NCBI GenBank assembly: GCA_965203905.1
Contig: CBDBDQ010000005.1
Span: 4,000,001 to 4,064,000 of the forward strand
Source of the DNA: Spirochaetia bacterium
GTDB lineage: Bacteria > Spirochaetota > Spirochaetia > SZUA-6 > Bin103
Length of the DNA stretch: 64,000 nt
Reading direction: 5' to 3'
Part shown: piece by piece, positions 56,012 through 64,000 of the stretch
Layout of the letters: each line of letters opens with the position of its first letter
Numbering within the stretch: the stretch's first letter is position 1
Notes under the pieces: generated by a model
Seen by the model: the letters and a program-made list of their open reading frames with translations, nothing else
The model's database searches: none
What the model was told of the DNA's origin: nothing
Program-made: the position numbers and the translations under genes

Positions 56012-57904
56012 GTGAGTAACGGCGACAACGACAACCCGCAGAAAAAGGGTCCCGACTCAGGATTCCCGAAATTCAACTTCAACAACCGCGTCGCACTCAT
56101 CACGCTGCTTATCCTGATCGTCTTCTTCATCTTTTTCTTCGTCTACAATCAAGGATCTTTGACCCAGGAAATCGCCTACTCGGTGTTCCTGAACTACCTC
56201 AACCAGGACATGGTGGAAGCCGTCAAGATCATCGACGGGTACGAGATTCAGGGGCAGCTCAAGGGTCGCCCGGGCGAGTACTTCAAGACCACCATTCCCT
56301 ACTCCGATCCCGAACTGTTACGCAAGTTGCAGGAAAAGACGGTCCAGATAACCGGCGGACCGCGTAACGTATCGCCATTACGCGTGTTCATCGACTTTCT
56401 CCCGTGGGTGCTCGGGTTCTTCTTCATCTGGTTCATGTTCCGCCAGGTTCAGGGCAGCGGCAACCGCGCCTTCTCGTTCGGCAAGAGCCGTGCCAAGCGT
56501 TACGTGGAGTCCAGCAAGAAGATCAACTTTACCGACGTCGCGGGTCAGGACGAGGCCAAGTACGAACTCCAGGAAGTCGTCGAGTTTCTCAAGAATCCGG
56601 GCAAGTTCGCAAAGATGGGAGCGCGCATCCCCAAGGGCGTGCTGCTGGTAGGCATGCCGGGCACCGGCAAGACCCTGCTGGCCAAGGCGATCGCCGGCGA
56701 GGCCAACGTACCGTTCTTCCACATGTCCGGTTCCGATTTCGTCGAGATGTTCGTGGGCGTGGGCGCCAGCCGGGTACGCGACCTGTTCGACCAGGGCCGC
56801 AAGAACGCCCCGTGCATCCTGTTCATCGACGAGCTCGACGCGGTCGGCCGCACCCGTGGCGCCGGCTACGGCGGCGGCCATGACGAGCGTGAGCAGACCC
56901 TCAACCAGATGCTGGTGGAGATGGACGGCTTCGACACCAAGGAGGGCGTGATCATCATCGCCGCCACCAACCGGCCCGACGTTCTGGATCCCGCGCTGTT
57001 GCGGCCCGGCCGCTTCGACCGCCAGGTCGTGGTGGACATGCCGGACGTGCGCGGTCGCGAGGAGATCCTCGGCATCCACATCAAGAAGATTCCGATTGCG
57101 GCCGGCGTAGACTTGAACCGGGTGGCCCGCGCCACTCCCGGCACCTCCGGCGCCGACCTGGCCAACATCGTCAACGAGGCGGCGCTGCTGGCGGCGCGCC
57201 AGAACAAGGAACGGGTGGAGATGATCGACTTCGAGGAGGCCCGTGACAAGATCATGATGGGGGTGGCACGGCGCTCCAAGGTGGTGGAGCCGCAGGAGCG
57301 GGAGATGACCGCCTACCACGAGTCCGGTCATGCGCTGCTGCACTACTACCTGGAGAACGCCGACCCGTTCCACAAGGTGACCATCGTCCCGCACGGGCGT
57401 GCGCTGGGGATCGCCTTTTCGCTGCCGGAGAAGGACTACTACTCGCGCGGCAAGGCCTGGCTACTCGATCGGATCGGCATCACGATGGGCGGCTACGCCG
57501 CGGAGACGATCATCTACGACGAGACCACCACCGGCGCCCAGAACGACATCGAGCAGGCCACCGACCTGGCCCGCAAGATGGTATGTGAGTGGGGCATGAG
57601 CGACGTCCTGGGTCCGATCGCCTACGGCCAGAAGGAGGAACCGATCTTTCTGGGGAAGGAGATCGCCCGGCACAAGGACTACTCCGAGGAAACCGCCAGG
57701 GTGATCGATGCCGAGGTCAAGGAGATCGTGCGTTCGCGGCTGGAGCGGGCCATCGAGCTGCTCCGGGAGCATCGGGATCAGCTCGTGCTGCTGGCCACCA
57801 CCCTGGTCGATAAAGAAACCCTGGATGACGTCGAAATTCGTGAGTTGCTCGGCTTCCCGCCACGCTATCCTGCCGACGGAGACACCACGCAGAAGGCGAG
57901 CTAG
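56012..57904 (+). CDS. ftsH: ATP-dependent zinc metalloprotease FtsH
   Basis: Two TMs, [26 protein letters not shown]. Confidence 0.98.
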   Translation: MSNGDNDNPQKKGPDSGFPKFNFNNRVALITLLILIVFFIFFFVYNQGSLTQEIAYSVFLNYLNQDMVEAVKIIDGYEIQGQLKGRPGEYFKTTIPYSDPELLRKLQEKTVQITGGPRNVSPLRVFIDFLPWVLGFFFIWFMFRQVQGSGNRAFSFGKSRAKRYVESSKKINFTDVAGQDEAKYELQEVVEFLKNPGKFAKMGARIPKGVLLVGMPGTGKTLLAKAIAGEANVPFFHMSGSDFVEMFVGVGASRVRDLFDQGRKNAPCILFIDELDAVGRTRGAGYGGGHDEREQTLNQMLVEMDGFDTKEGVIIIAATNRPDVLDPALLRPGRFDRQVVVDMPDVRGREEILGIHIKKIPIAAGVDLNRVARATPGTSGADLANIVNEAALLAARQNKERVEMIDFEEARDKIMMGVARRSKVVEPQEREMTAYHESGHALLHYYLENADPFHKVTIVPHGRALGIAFSLPEKDYYSRGKAWLLDRIGITMGGYAAETIIYDETTTGAQNDIEQATDLARKMVCEWGMSDVLGPIAYGQKEEPIFLGKEIARHKDYSEETARVIDAEVKEIVRSRLERAIELLREHRDQLVLLATTLVDKETLDDVEIRELLGFPPRYPADGDTTQKAS

Positions 57905-57910
57905 CGCCCC

Positions 57911-57938
57911 AAGAGCGACGCCTGCCGGCGTCGCTCTT
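57911..57938. terminator. perfect 12-bp hairpin after ftsH
   Basis: aagagcgacgcc-tgcc-ggcgtcgctctt. Confidence 0.5.
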
Positions 57939-57986
57939 GACCCAGCCTCGCCTTTCCGCCCGGCTCCTGGCGCCACGTCGGTCGCG

Positions 57987-59816
57987 ATGAACACGAGAGA
58001 GTCACGGGCGCGCGCCGTGGCCGGCGCCCTGGCGGCACTTCCGCTGCTGGCGCTGGCCGGTTGTGCCAGCCACGCCCCGGAGGGGCTGAAGACTCCCACC
58101 ACCGCCTACGTCGTGGCACAGATAGAACGGCAGATCGCCGGTGGCGAGTCGCTGAGCGCGATGCAGCGCATCTGGGCCCTGGAGCGCGACTCGACGGCCC
58201 AGGTCGGCGCCGAGGAGCTGGCCGGACTGCGCAGCGCCGCGCTGAGCTCGATGCGCGGTGAGCTGGAGTTGGCATGGCAGGAACAGCGCTACCTGGATGC
58301 GGCGGCACTGGTGCAATCCCTGGCAACAGCCGCTGAGGTGGCCTCGGCCGGGCCGGCCGCCGGTGGCACCGAGGTCGCCGGCCGGTCGCTGCCCGAACTG
58401 TATCGCCACGAGGTGCGGCGCCTGACCGCCGCCGGAGACGAGGTCAGCGCACTGCTGCTGGGACTGCGTGCCATTGCCGAGCAGCCGTATACGGTCACGG
58501 ACCTGCGCACGCTGCGCGATCTGGCTGCGCGCAACGGCAATGCGCGCGCGCTGACGCTGCTGGCGGAGGCGGCAGCGGAGCGCGATCTGGTCCTGTCGGT
58601 CCCGGAGGTGCCGCCGCCACCCCCATTCGCGGACATGCTCGGCGGAATGGTGACCGTCTGGGTGGACCGCGGCGTCGAGCTGCACCGTGGCGTGGGCATA
58701 CCCGACCGGGTGATCGGCAGCGGCTTCTTCATCGATCGCCGGGGGCACCTGCTGACCAACTACCACGTCATCCAGAGCGAGGTGGACCCGAAGTACGAGG
58801 GCTATTCGCGGCTGTTCGTGCGTCTCTCCAGTCAAGGCGACGAGCGGGTGCCGGCCAAGGTCGTCGGCTACGACCGCATCTTCGATCTCGCCCTGTTGAA
58901 AGCCGAGGTGGAGCCGGGTTACGTGTTCGGCTCGGCGGCAGCCGGGACATTGAGTCCGGGGGACCAGGTAGTGGCGATCGGCACCCCCGGCGACGTGTCC
59001 CTCGCCAAGACGGTCACTTCCGGCATCATCTCTGCCACCGGCCGGCGCTTCCTGCAGATGGGCGACGCCCTGCAGGTGGATGCGCCGCTCAATCCGGGCA
59101 ACAGCGGCGGGCCCCTGCTGAACGCGAGCGGGGAGCTGGTGGGCGTGACCTTCGCCGGACTGGAGCAGTTCGAGGGGATCAACTTCGGAATCTCCGACCA
59201 CTGGATTCAGCGCGTGCTGCCGAAGCTGTACCGGGGCGGTGCGGTGGAGCACCTGTGGCTCGGAATCAGCGTGCACCGCGACGGCACTGCACTGGTGGTG
59301 ACCTACGTCCTGCCGGGTTCGCCGGCGGCAGGCGCCGGGATCGTCCCGGGTGACCGGCTGGTACGCGTGGCGCACCACGTGGTGGAGGACATCGTAGGCG
59401 TGCAACGGCATCTCCTGGGCTACCACGGACCTACCCTCGTCGAGCTGGTCGTGGAACGGGACGGTGACCGGCTGCGCCGGCTGGTGGGGCTGGAGCGGCG
59501 CCCGTTCTCTCCCGTTGAGGTGGCGCTGCAGCGCGACACCCGCGACCACGCGCTGCTGCCCCTGTTCGGCCTGGGGGTGCAACGGATCGGCCGCACCCTG
59601 GTTCGCGAAGAGCACCGCGTGACGCGGGTGGTGCCGGGCTCGGTTGCCGACGAGTCGCGGATCTCGGTCGATGACCCGGTGCGAATCGAGGAGTTCGGCG
59701 TGGACCAAGCGTCGCGCACCGCCTGGCTGCGGGTGCTGGTCAAGAAACGGCGCGCCGGCTACCTGCAGGCCTCGGTGCTGTTGGCGGCGGCCCTGGAGCA
59801 GAACCACTTCCTGTAG
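57987..59816 (+). CDS. S1C (HtrA-like) serine protease lipoprotein with PDZ domains
   Basis: LAGC lipobox; GSGF, LTNYHV, DLALL, NPGNSGGPL; PGSPAAGAGIVPGD. Confidence 0.9.
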   Translation: MNTRESRARAVAGALAALPLLALAGCASHAPEGLKTPTTAYVVAQIERQIAGGESLSAMQRIWALERDSTAQVGAEELAGLRSAALSSMRGELELAWQEQRYLDAAALVQSLATAAEVASAGPAAGGTEVAGRSLPELYRHEVRRLTAAGDEVSALLLGLRAIAEQPYTVTDLRTLRDLAARNGNARALTLLAEAAAERDLVLSVPEVPPPPPFADMLGGMVTVWVDRGVELHRGVGIPDRVIGSGFFIDRRGHLLTNYHVIQSEVDPKYEGYSRLFVRLSSQGDERVPAKVVGYDRIFDLALLKAEVEPGYVFGSAAAGTLSPGDQVVAIGTPGDVSLAKTVTSGIISATGRRFLQMGDALQVDAPLNPGNSGGPLLNASGELVGVTFAGLEQFEGINFGISDHWIQRVLPKLYRGGAVEHLWLGISVHRDGTALVVTYVLPGSPAAGAGIVPGDRLVRVAHHVVEDIVGVQRHLLGYHGPTLVELVVERDGDRLRRLVGLERRPFSPVEVALQRDTRDHALLPLFGLGVQRIGRTLVREEHRVTRVVPGSVADESRISVDDPVRIEEFGVDQASRTAWLRVLVKKRRAGYLQASVLLAAALEQNHFL

Positions 59817-59819
59817 CCG

Positions 59820-61631
59820 ATGTCATCCAGCATGAGCCTGACCACCCGCAACTTCTGCATCATCGCCCATATCGATCACGGCAAGTCCACCTTGGCCGAC
59901 CGTTTCATCCAGCGCGCACGCATGGTGTCCGAGCGCGAGTTCCACGATCAGATGCTCGACTCCATGCCGATCGAGCGGGAGCGGGGCATCACCATCAAGT
60001 CCCAGGCGGTTTCGATCCCCTACCGGGTGAACGGTACCGAGTATCGTCTCAACCTGGTGGACACCCCGGGCCACGTCGACTTCACCTACGAGGTGTCGCG
60101 CGCCATCAGTTCCTGTGAAGGGGCGTTGCTGCTGATCGATGCCACCCAGGGTGTCGAGGCGCAGACGCTGTCCAACTTCTACCTGGCGCTGGAGCAGGAC
60201 CTCGAGATCATCCCGGTGATCAACAAGACCGACCTCCCGGGCATCGACTACGACTGGCTGGCCGAGCAGATCGACCGCGACCTGGGGCTGGATCCGGAAC
60301 GGGCGATCCGCGTGTCCGCCAAGCACGGCACCGGCATGGACCAACTGCTGGAGGCGATCGTCACCCAGGTGCCGGCGCCGAGCGGTGCCGCGGAGGATCC
60401 CCTGCGGGCCCTGATCTTCGACTCCGCCTACGATCCCTACCGCGGGGTGGTGGTCCACGTCCGCGTGTTCGACGGCGCCATCGCATCCGGCATGCCGCTT
60501 CGCTTCTGGGCGACCGGCGGCATCCATACCGTCGAGGAGACGGGGACGTTCGGCGTCGGCAGCACCAAGCGTACGCCGCGCCTGGTTGCCGGCGATGTCG
60601 GTTACGTGGTGGCGGGTGTAAAGCAGATCGCCGACGCGCGCGTGGGCGACACCGTGACCTGTGACGACGCGCCATGTATCGAGCCGCTGGACGGGTTTCG
60701 CGAAGTGAAGCCGGTGGTGTTCGCGTCGGTCTATCCGGTCGACGCCGACGACTACGACGAGCTCACCGCAGCCCTGGACCGCCTGGCTCTCAACGATGCC
60801 GCCCTCAGCTTCGAGAAGGACAGCTCCGCCGCACTCGGCTTCGGTTTTCGCTGCGGCTTCCTCGGCATGCTCCACCTGGAGATCGTGCAGGAGCGGCTGG
60901 AACGGGAGTTCGACCTGGCGGTGATCGTCACCGTGCCCACGGTGCGCTACCGGGTCGTGGCGACGGATGGCAGCGAGCTGATGATCGACAACCCGCTGGA
61001 GTACCCCGATCCCGCGCACGTGGAGCTTGCCGAGGAGCCGTTCATTCGTGCGAGCATCATCACCCCCACCGACTACGTGGGAGCCGTGATCAAGCTGTGC
61101 CTCGACAAGCGCGGCGTGCAGCACGCCATGAACTATCTCGATGAGCGGCGGGTGGAGCTGGTGTACGACATGCCGCTGGCCGACGTCGTGTACGAGTTCT
61201 ACGACACCCTCAAGTCGGTAAGCCGCGGCTATGCCTCGTTCGACTACGAGGTCACCGGATACCGCACCTCACGGCTGGTAAGGCTCGACATCCTGCTCAA
61301 CGGACGTCCGGTGGATGCCCTGGCACAACTGGTGTTCAGCGACAACGCCCGCCAGCGCGCGCACGAGATGTGCCGCCGCCTGAAGGACGAGATTCCCCGC
61401 CATCAGTTCAAGGTGCCGATCCAGGGGGCCGTCGGCAGCCAGATCATCGCCCGCGAGACCGTTTCGGCGGTGCGCAAGGACGTTACCGCCAAGTGCTACG
61501 GCGGCGATATCACGCGTAAGCGCAAACTGCTGGAACGACAGAAAGAGGGCAAGAAGCGGATGAAGCAGATCGGCGACGTGCAGTTGCCCAAGTCCGCGTT
61601 TCTCGCGGTGCTCAAGCCGGCCGCGGATTAG
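59820..61631 (+). CDS. lepA: translation elongation factor 4 (LepA)
   Basis: RNFCIIAHIDHGKSTLADR, ERGITIK, GFRCGFLGMLH, KCYGGDITRKRKLL. Confidence 0.98.
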   Translation: MSSSMSLTTRNFCIIAHIDHGKSTLADRFIQRARMVSEREFHDQMLDSMPIERERGITIKSQAVSIPYRVNGTEYRLNLVDTPGHVDFTYEVSRAISSCEGALLLIDATQGVEAQTLSNFYLALEQDLEIIPVINKTDLPGIDYDWLAEQIDRDLGLDPERAIRVSAKHGTGMDQLLEAIVTQVPAPSGAAEDPLRALIFDSAYDPYRGVVVHVRVFDGAIASGMPLRFWATGGIHTVEETGTFGVGSTKRTPRLVAGDVGYVVAGVKQIADARVGDTVTCDDAPCIEPLDGFREVKPVVFASVYPVDADDYDELTAALDRLALNDAALSFEKDSSAALGFGFRCGFLGMLHLEIVQERLEREFDLAVIVTVPTVRYRVVATDGSELMIDNPLEYPDPAHVELAEEPFIRASIITPTDYVGAVIKLCLDKRGVQHAMNYLDERRVELVYDMPLADVVYEFYDTLKSVSRGYASFDYEVTGYRTSRLVRLDILLNGRPVDALAQLVFSDNARQRAHEMCRRLKDEIPRHQFKVPIQGAVGSQIIARETVSAVRKDVTAKCYGGDITRKRKLLERQKEGKKRMKQIGDVQLPKSAFLAVLKPAAD

Positions 61632-61658
61632 CTGCCCACGGGGCGCTGGCGCTAGCGG

Positions 61659-63206
61659 CTAGAATGCGGCTTGCGTGGGCGGCCCCTGGACCGGCGTGGC
61701 CAGAGCGCGCAGGAAGCGGGCGTAAGCCTCGTCGAAGTTGTCGACCAGCCGGTCGGAGTCGTACACCTGTGCCCGCATGTCCTGGTCCAGGGCCGAGGCC
61801 ACGAAGTAGCCGTGGTAGTTGTCCACCTGTTCCAGCACCGTTTCGTCGGCGTTCCGCTCTTCCAGCAGCTCCAGTACCAGGATCTGGTTGTCGAGCACGA
61901 TCGGTTCCGAGATCTGTCCTGCCTCGAGGCTGAAGGCGCGTCGGAAGAACTCCTCGTAGAAGGGCGCGGTGCGCAGTGCGTCGCTGTCTCCGGCTCGTAC
62001 GGTGCTCACCAGGATCAGGTTCTGAAAGTTGACCGGGAAGAAGTCGCTCTCGACTACCTCGACGCCCATTGTCGCTGCGGCGGGGCCGAAACCGTCGCTT
62101 TGGGCCTGCTGCTGGAACTGCGTCGCCTGTTCCGCGTAGTAGTCCTCGACCTCGCCGCGCTGGTAGCGACCGAGGTAGTCCTGCACCGCGGCGAGGACCT
62201 CGGGGTCGGTGAAGTCGGGCGCCACTTCCGCGGCGTCGGCGCGATAGATCACCTCTCCGAAGCGGCTGGTCAACACCTCGGTGTGCTCCCCGGCGCCCAG
62301 GGCGAAGATCGTCTCCACGGGCGCGGCGCTCTCGAAGTCGCGTTCCAGGTCGTAGAAGTACTTCCACCCCACCTCGCCGCCGGTAGCGATGTCGTCCACC
62401 GAGTACAGTCGCGCCAGCTCCTCGAAGGTGGCCGACCGGTCGCGCAGGCGGCCCAGCACGTCCTCGGCTTCACCGCTGCCGCCACCCAGCAGAATGCGGC
62501 TCAGCTTGATACGCCGGAACAGCGCCGCGTTGTCGCTTCCGTACTGGCCGAGCTCCGCTTCCGGCAGTCCGCTGAAGCGGAACGACGCTACCGCAAAGCG
62601 CCGCTCGGTGGTTGCCATCTGGCGGAAGAACGCGGCGGCCTGCGAGCTGGTCTTGAGGGCGCCCAGATCGGAGAAGTACTGGCGCTCCAGGATCTGTTCC
62701 TCGACCAGCCGGCGATTGGTCTTCTTCTGCGATGCCGGCGTTGCGTTGTACTGCTCTTCGCTGAAGACGCCGCGGATCACGTAGGGCCCGGAGCGGATCA
62801 GCTCGCTGTCGATGCGTTCCTCGGAGACCGCAAGGTTGGCGCCGGTGGTCTCGGCCAGCACCGCAACCCGAAACGCCGCCCGCCGATACGCCTCCCGCAC
62901 CACCGCGCGCGCCTCGGCCGCGGTATCCTCGGTGGCCATCGCGCGCCGCTGCTGCGAGATGCTCAGAATCTGCCGATCGAAGTAGTTGCCCCTGCGATAC
63001 TCGATGTCGATGCCGTCGTAGCTGCCGAACACCGTACCTGAGCCGCCGCTGGCGAAGCGCCCGATGGCGGGGGTGCCGATGAAGGTGACGGTGATGATGA
63101 CGAGGACGATCAGACTGCCCACGTAGAGCAGCGGGTTCTTGGAGCGCTGCGCCGCTATGGCGGCATGGGGGCGCGCCGAACTGGGGCGGTTACGTGTCTT
63201 GGCCAT
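61659..63206 (-). CDS. membrane-anchored SurA/PpiD-like chaperone (parvulin-like domain)
   Basis: N-terminal TM, FGSYDG, FEELARLYSVD..TGGEVGW, AFSLEAGQISEPI. Confidence 0.8.
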   Translation of the reverse strand: MAKTRNRPSSARPHAAIAAQRSKNPLLYVGSLIVLVIITVTFIGTPAIGRFASGGSGTVFGSYDGIDIEYRRGNYFDRQILSISQQRRAMATEDTAAEARAVVREAYRRAAFRVAVLAETTGANLAVSEERIDSELIRSGPYVIRGVFSEEQYNATPASQKKTNRRLVEEQILERQYFSDLGALKTSSQAAAFFRQMATTERRFAVASFRFSGLPEAELGQYGSDNAALFRRIKLSRILLGGGSGEAEDVLGRLRDRSATFEELARLYSVDDIATGGEVGWKYFYDLERDFESAAPVETIFALGAGEHTEVLTSRFGEVIYRADAAEVAPDFTDPEVLAAVQDYLGRYQRGEVEDYYAEQATQFQQQAQSDGFGPAAATMGVEVVESDFFPVNFQNLILVSTVRAGDSDALRTAPFYEEFFRRAFSLEAGQISEPIVLDNQILVLELLEERNADETVLEQVDNYHGYFVASALDQDMRAQVYDSDRLVDNFDEAYARFLRALATPVQGPPTQAAF

Positions 63207-63222
63207 GAAAGGGATCGCAGAG

Positions 63223-63251
63223 ATGATAATGAAGCGCAACGGTCGCGACAA
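63223..63251 (-). promoter_or_regulatory. promoter of SurA/PpiD-like gene
   Basis: TTGTCG-17nt-TATCAT on minus strand. Confidence 0.55.
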
Positions 63252-63276
63252 GGGCCGGGGGGCAGGACTCTCCTAC

Positions 63277-64000
63277 GCTGCGCGACAAGCCGGCTGCAAG
63301 TCGTTGCTCCCGCTGCCCTCGGACCGACACGCGAACCCTCAACTCGCACCCCGGGGAGCGCCGATCACGTGGCCCCGTCTGGCGGCATTCCGTACTCCCG
63401 ATGCCGCAAGCGGTGGTGGGCGGCACACGACAAGGACAAGTTCCCTGGCTCGGCGCTGCCGCCGAGCGCGAAGGGAACGATGTGGTCGAGCTCCAGCAGG
63501 AAGCGGGAGCCGCAGCGCCGCCCGCTGTGCGGATCGACGTAAGTGCAGCAGCCACCGTCGCGGCGCCACACCTCGCGCCTCACTGGTGCCGGAATGTACC
63601 GTGATCGCCCCGCCCGGTGGGGCGGCTTCACGCTGCCTCCGGACGGGCCGGCTGCCTCGGGCTGCGGCCGCGAACGGCCATCGAGCTGCGCCGCCCCTCC
63701 CCGCTTCGCTGGCGAAGGAGCGTGGCGGCCGCGGCCCGCCGCTGCCACCGCGGTCGGCACGCTCTGGTCTGCCGGCGGCGTAGGTACGGAGGCGCGGGAC
63801 CCGCAACCAGCCACCAACTTCGCCGCCGAAGGAGTGGTTCCGGGCGCCGCCACCGCTGGCTTGCCACGAACCGCGCCCCTGCAAGTCTCGCGCCCTGACA
63901 GCGCTGCCATCGCCGAGGCGTCGGCGCCGCCACTCCCGCGCGCGGGTTCCGCTGCGGACAGCGCTGCCGGCGCCGGGGTGCTGCCACGGGTGATCGTGCC
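63277..64000 (-). mobile_element. putative HNH element, copy 2 (partial, runs off window)
   Basis: Same 3' tail, HNH domain and linker as copy 1. Confidence 0.65.
63365..64000 (-). CDS. HNH endonuclease, second copy (C-terminal part)
   Basis: Open to window edge; RYIPAPVRREVWRRDGGCC...DHIVPFALGGSAEPGNLSLSCAAHH. Confidence 0.88.
   Translation of the reverse strand, partial: GTITRGSTPAPAALSAAEPARGSGGADASAMAALSGRETCRGAVRGKPAVAAPGTTPSAAKLVAGCGSRASVPTPPADQSVPTAVAAAGRGRHAPSPAKRGGAAQLDGRSRPQPEAAGPSGGSVKPPHRAGRSRYIPAPVRREVWRRDGGCCTYVDPHSGRRCGSRFLLELDHIVPFALGGSAEPGNLSLSCAAHHRLRHREYGMPPDGAT

Noticed and set aside
1-64000. CRISPR array, cas genes, rRNA, integrase, transposase, reverse transcriptase
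   Set aside because: No regularly spaced repeats or diagnostic motifs found by eye

Overview
High-GC bacterial chromosome window, most likely Spirochaetota. This rests on the gene order rplU-prp-rpmA-obgE-nadD-LCP-rsfS ... spoVG-tRNA-Gln-rplY-pth-tilS-ftsH and a spirochete-type 'FAGGGGE' binding-protein N-terminus. The PhyH, sulfatase, ankyrin and FGE-domain content resembles marine sponge symbionts (inference). Bases 1-47.8 kb are accessory DNA: catabolic enzymes (5 sialidase-like BNR propellers, 6 PhyH dioxygenases, 3 Gfo/Idh/MocA, LLM, amidohydrolases, sulfatase, GH127, aminotransferases), three TA modules (HipBA, VapBC, ParDE), two ABC-ATPase + nuclease-like pairs, and a lower-GC decaying islet (about 17.5-22.6 kb). 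Bases 48-63.2 kb are housekeeping genes. The most notable signal is a transposase-free, multicopy DUF222-like/HNH endonuclease element (complete copy about 41807-43705, partial copy 63277-64000). Both copies share a ~90-nt 3' non-coding tail. The complete copy has, divergent from its apparently leaderless ORF, a ~190-nt multibranched structured region ending in a U-tract whose G-U pairs favour a + strand RNA: a candidate new HNH-associated ncRNA system. No CRISPR array or rRNA was seen. All calls come from motif reading and by-eye folding; no database searches were run.
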